Shown: positions 31,472 to 32,000 of the stretch, one piece after another
Position numbering within the stretch: the first letter of the stretch is position 1
Layout of the letters: each line of letters starts with the position of its first letter
NCBI RefSeq assembly: GCF_000195855.1
Contig: NC_002677.1
Coordinates: 2,220,001 to 2,252,000 of the forward strand
DNA length: 32,000 bases
Source: Mycobacterium leprae TN
GTDB taxonomy: Bacteria; Actinomycetota; Actinomycetes; Mycobacteriales; Mycobacteriaceae
Direction of reading: 5' to 3'
Translations under genes and position numbers: made by a program
The notes under the pieces: generated by a model
Seen by the model: only the letters and a program-made list of their open reading frames with translations
Told to the model about the DNA's origin: nothing
Databases searched by the model: none

Positions 31472-31586
31472 GCGAATTACTTTTTACCAAAGAGACTGAA
31501 CAACAGGTCGATCTGGTCACAATCGCCGCTGTAATATGGCATAGAATGCCGAAAAGAGTGCGGTTCAGTGCTGCCGTAGTCACGGG

Positions 31587-32000
31587 GTGGGCAAACGACG
31601 TTCGACAACGCCACATCAACATCTCCGACACGGCCTTCAAGTGGTGTTTGCCGCTCGGGATTTTGCCGAAGTGAGCTTCAACGAAATCACGGAGACAGCG
31701 GGCATCGCCCGCTGTCTCCTCTTCTGCCAATATGCGGCCAAAAGCTATCCCCCAGAGACGGCTTCAGCACCCGACTCGCTCAGCTAAAGGGCCTACTCAA
31801 CAACGTTTGATCCGCGTATTCCGCTGGAAGAAGCACTGTGCTCGGCATCGTTGGCCTTCCTTTCAATATCTTCGACGAGTCTGAGACAGTACTGCACCCC
31901 TAGCGCATCCGAATCATCTCCTGCAAACAACGGAACTGCAGACTTACTCGATAACGATGTACGCCGGCTGGCGTTAGATGACCGCCGAGTTTGTCGCAGG
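31587..32000 (+). pseudogene. mftR: TetR-family mycofactocin regulator pseudogene (runs off the right edge)
   Basis: GTG 31587 opens an ORF containing the TetR HTH region: LQVVFAARDFAEVSFNEITETAGIARC…. The frame is then lost (…LLFCQYAAKSYPPE…, stop at 31785-31787). It is divergent from mftA, as in intact mft loci. Confidence 0.65.

Noticed and set aside
31383-31730. 115-aa minus-strand ORF
   Set aside because: Only its last 13 codons are meaningful (the mftA tail VEEMSTDGMCDIC). The rest is antisense to the mftR remnant and the intergenic spacer.

Overview
This is an actinobacterial chromosome segment with almost all genes on the minus strand. I read it as the ribosomal-protein super-operon region of Mycobacterium leprae or a very close relative. 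That identification is inferred from the protein sequences, from gene order matching M. tuberculosis Rv0691c-Rv0734, and from the pseudogene load.

Intact genes, all on the minus strand:
- S10 operon: rpsJ-rplC-rplD-rplW-rplB-rpsS-rplV-rpsC-rplP-rpmC-rpsQ (23905 down to 18349).
- spc operon: rplN-rplX-rplE-rpsN-rpsH-rplF-rplR-rpsE-rpmD-rplO (13179 down to 8980).
- sppA (8813-6936).
- A GNAT-type acetyltransferase-like gene (3899-3216).
- secY-adk-map (2072 down to 1).

These intact genes cover roughly 45% of the window. Nearly everything else is gene wreckage that can still be read by translating across frames:
- A SAM-methyltransferase pseudogene (2412-3186, +).
- A decayed xylB / serA2-like / fucA block (3909-6720).
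- A decayed sulfatase (atsA) and its formylglycine-generating maturase (14745-17472).
- A GMC-oxidoreductase pseudogene (25422-26907).
- The whole mycofactocin locus, mftF-E-D-C-B-A on the minus strand and divergent mftR on the plus strand (26900-32000). Every member is broken, including a still recognisable remnant of the 29-codon precursor peptide.

I found no tRNA, rRNA, CRISPR array, IS element or dispersed repeat that I could recognise. I also found no convincing previously undescribed system.

The observations I consider most worth a second look are:
- The decayed mycofactocin RiPP locus.
- The paired loss of the sulfatase and its maturase, with stop codons in or next to the catalytic sites of both.
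- An apparent frame change in the C-terminal tail of the otherwise intact essential gene rpsE.
- The selective survival of a two-domain GNAT gene among pseudogenes.
- Three stretches (13180-14744, 17473-18348, 24331-25421) that I could not assign to anything.

Pseudogene boundaries are approximate, within tens of bases.
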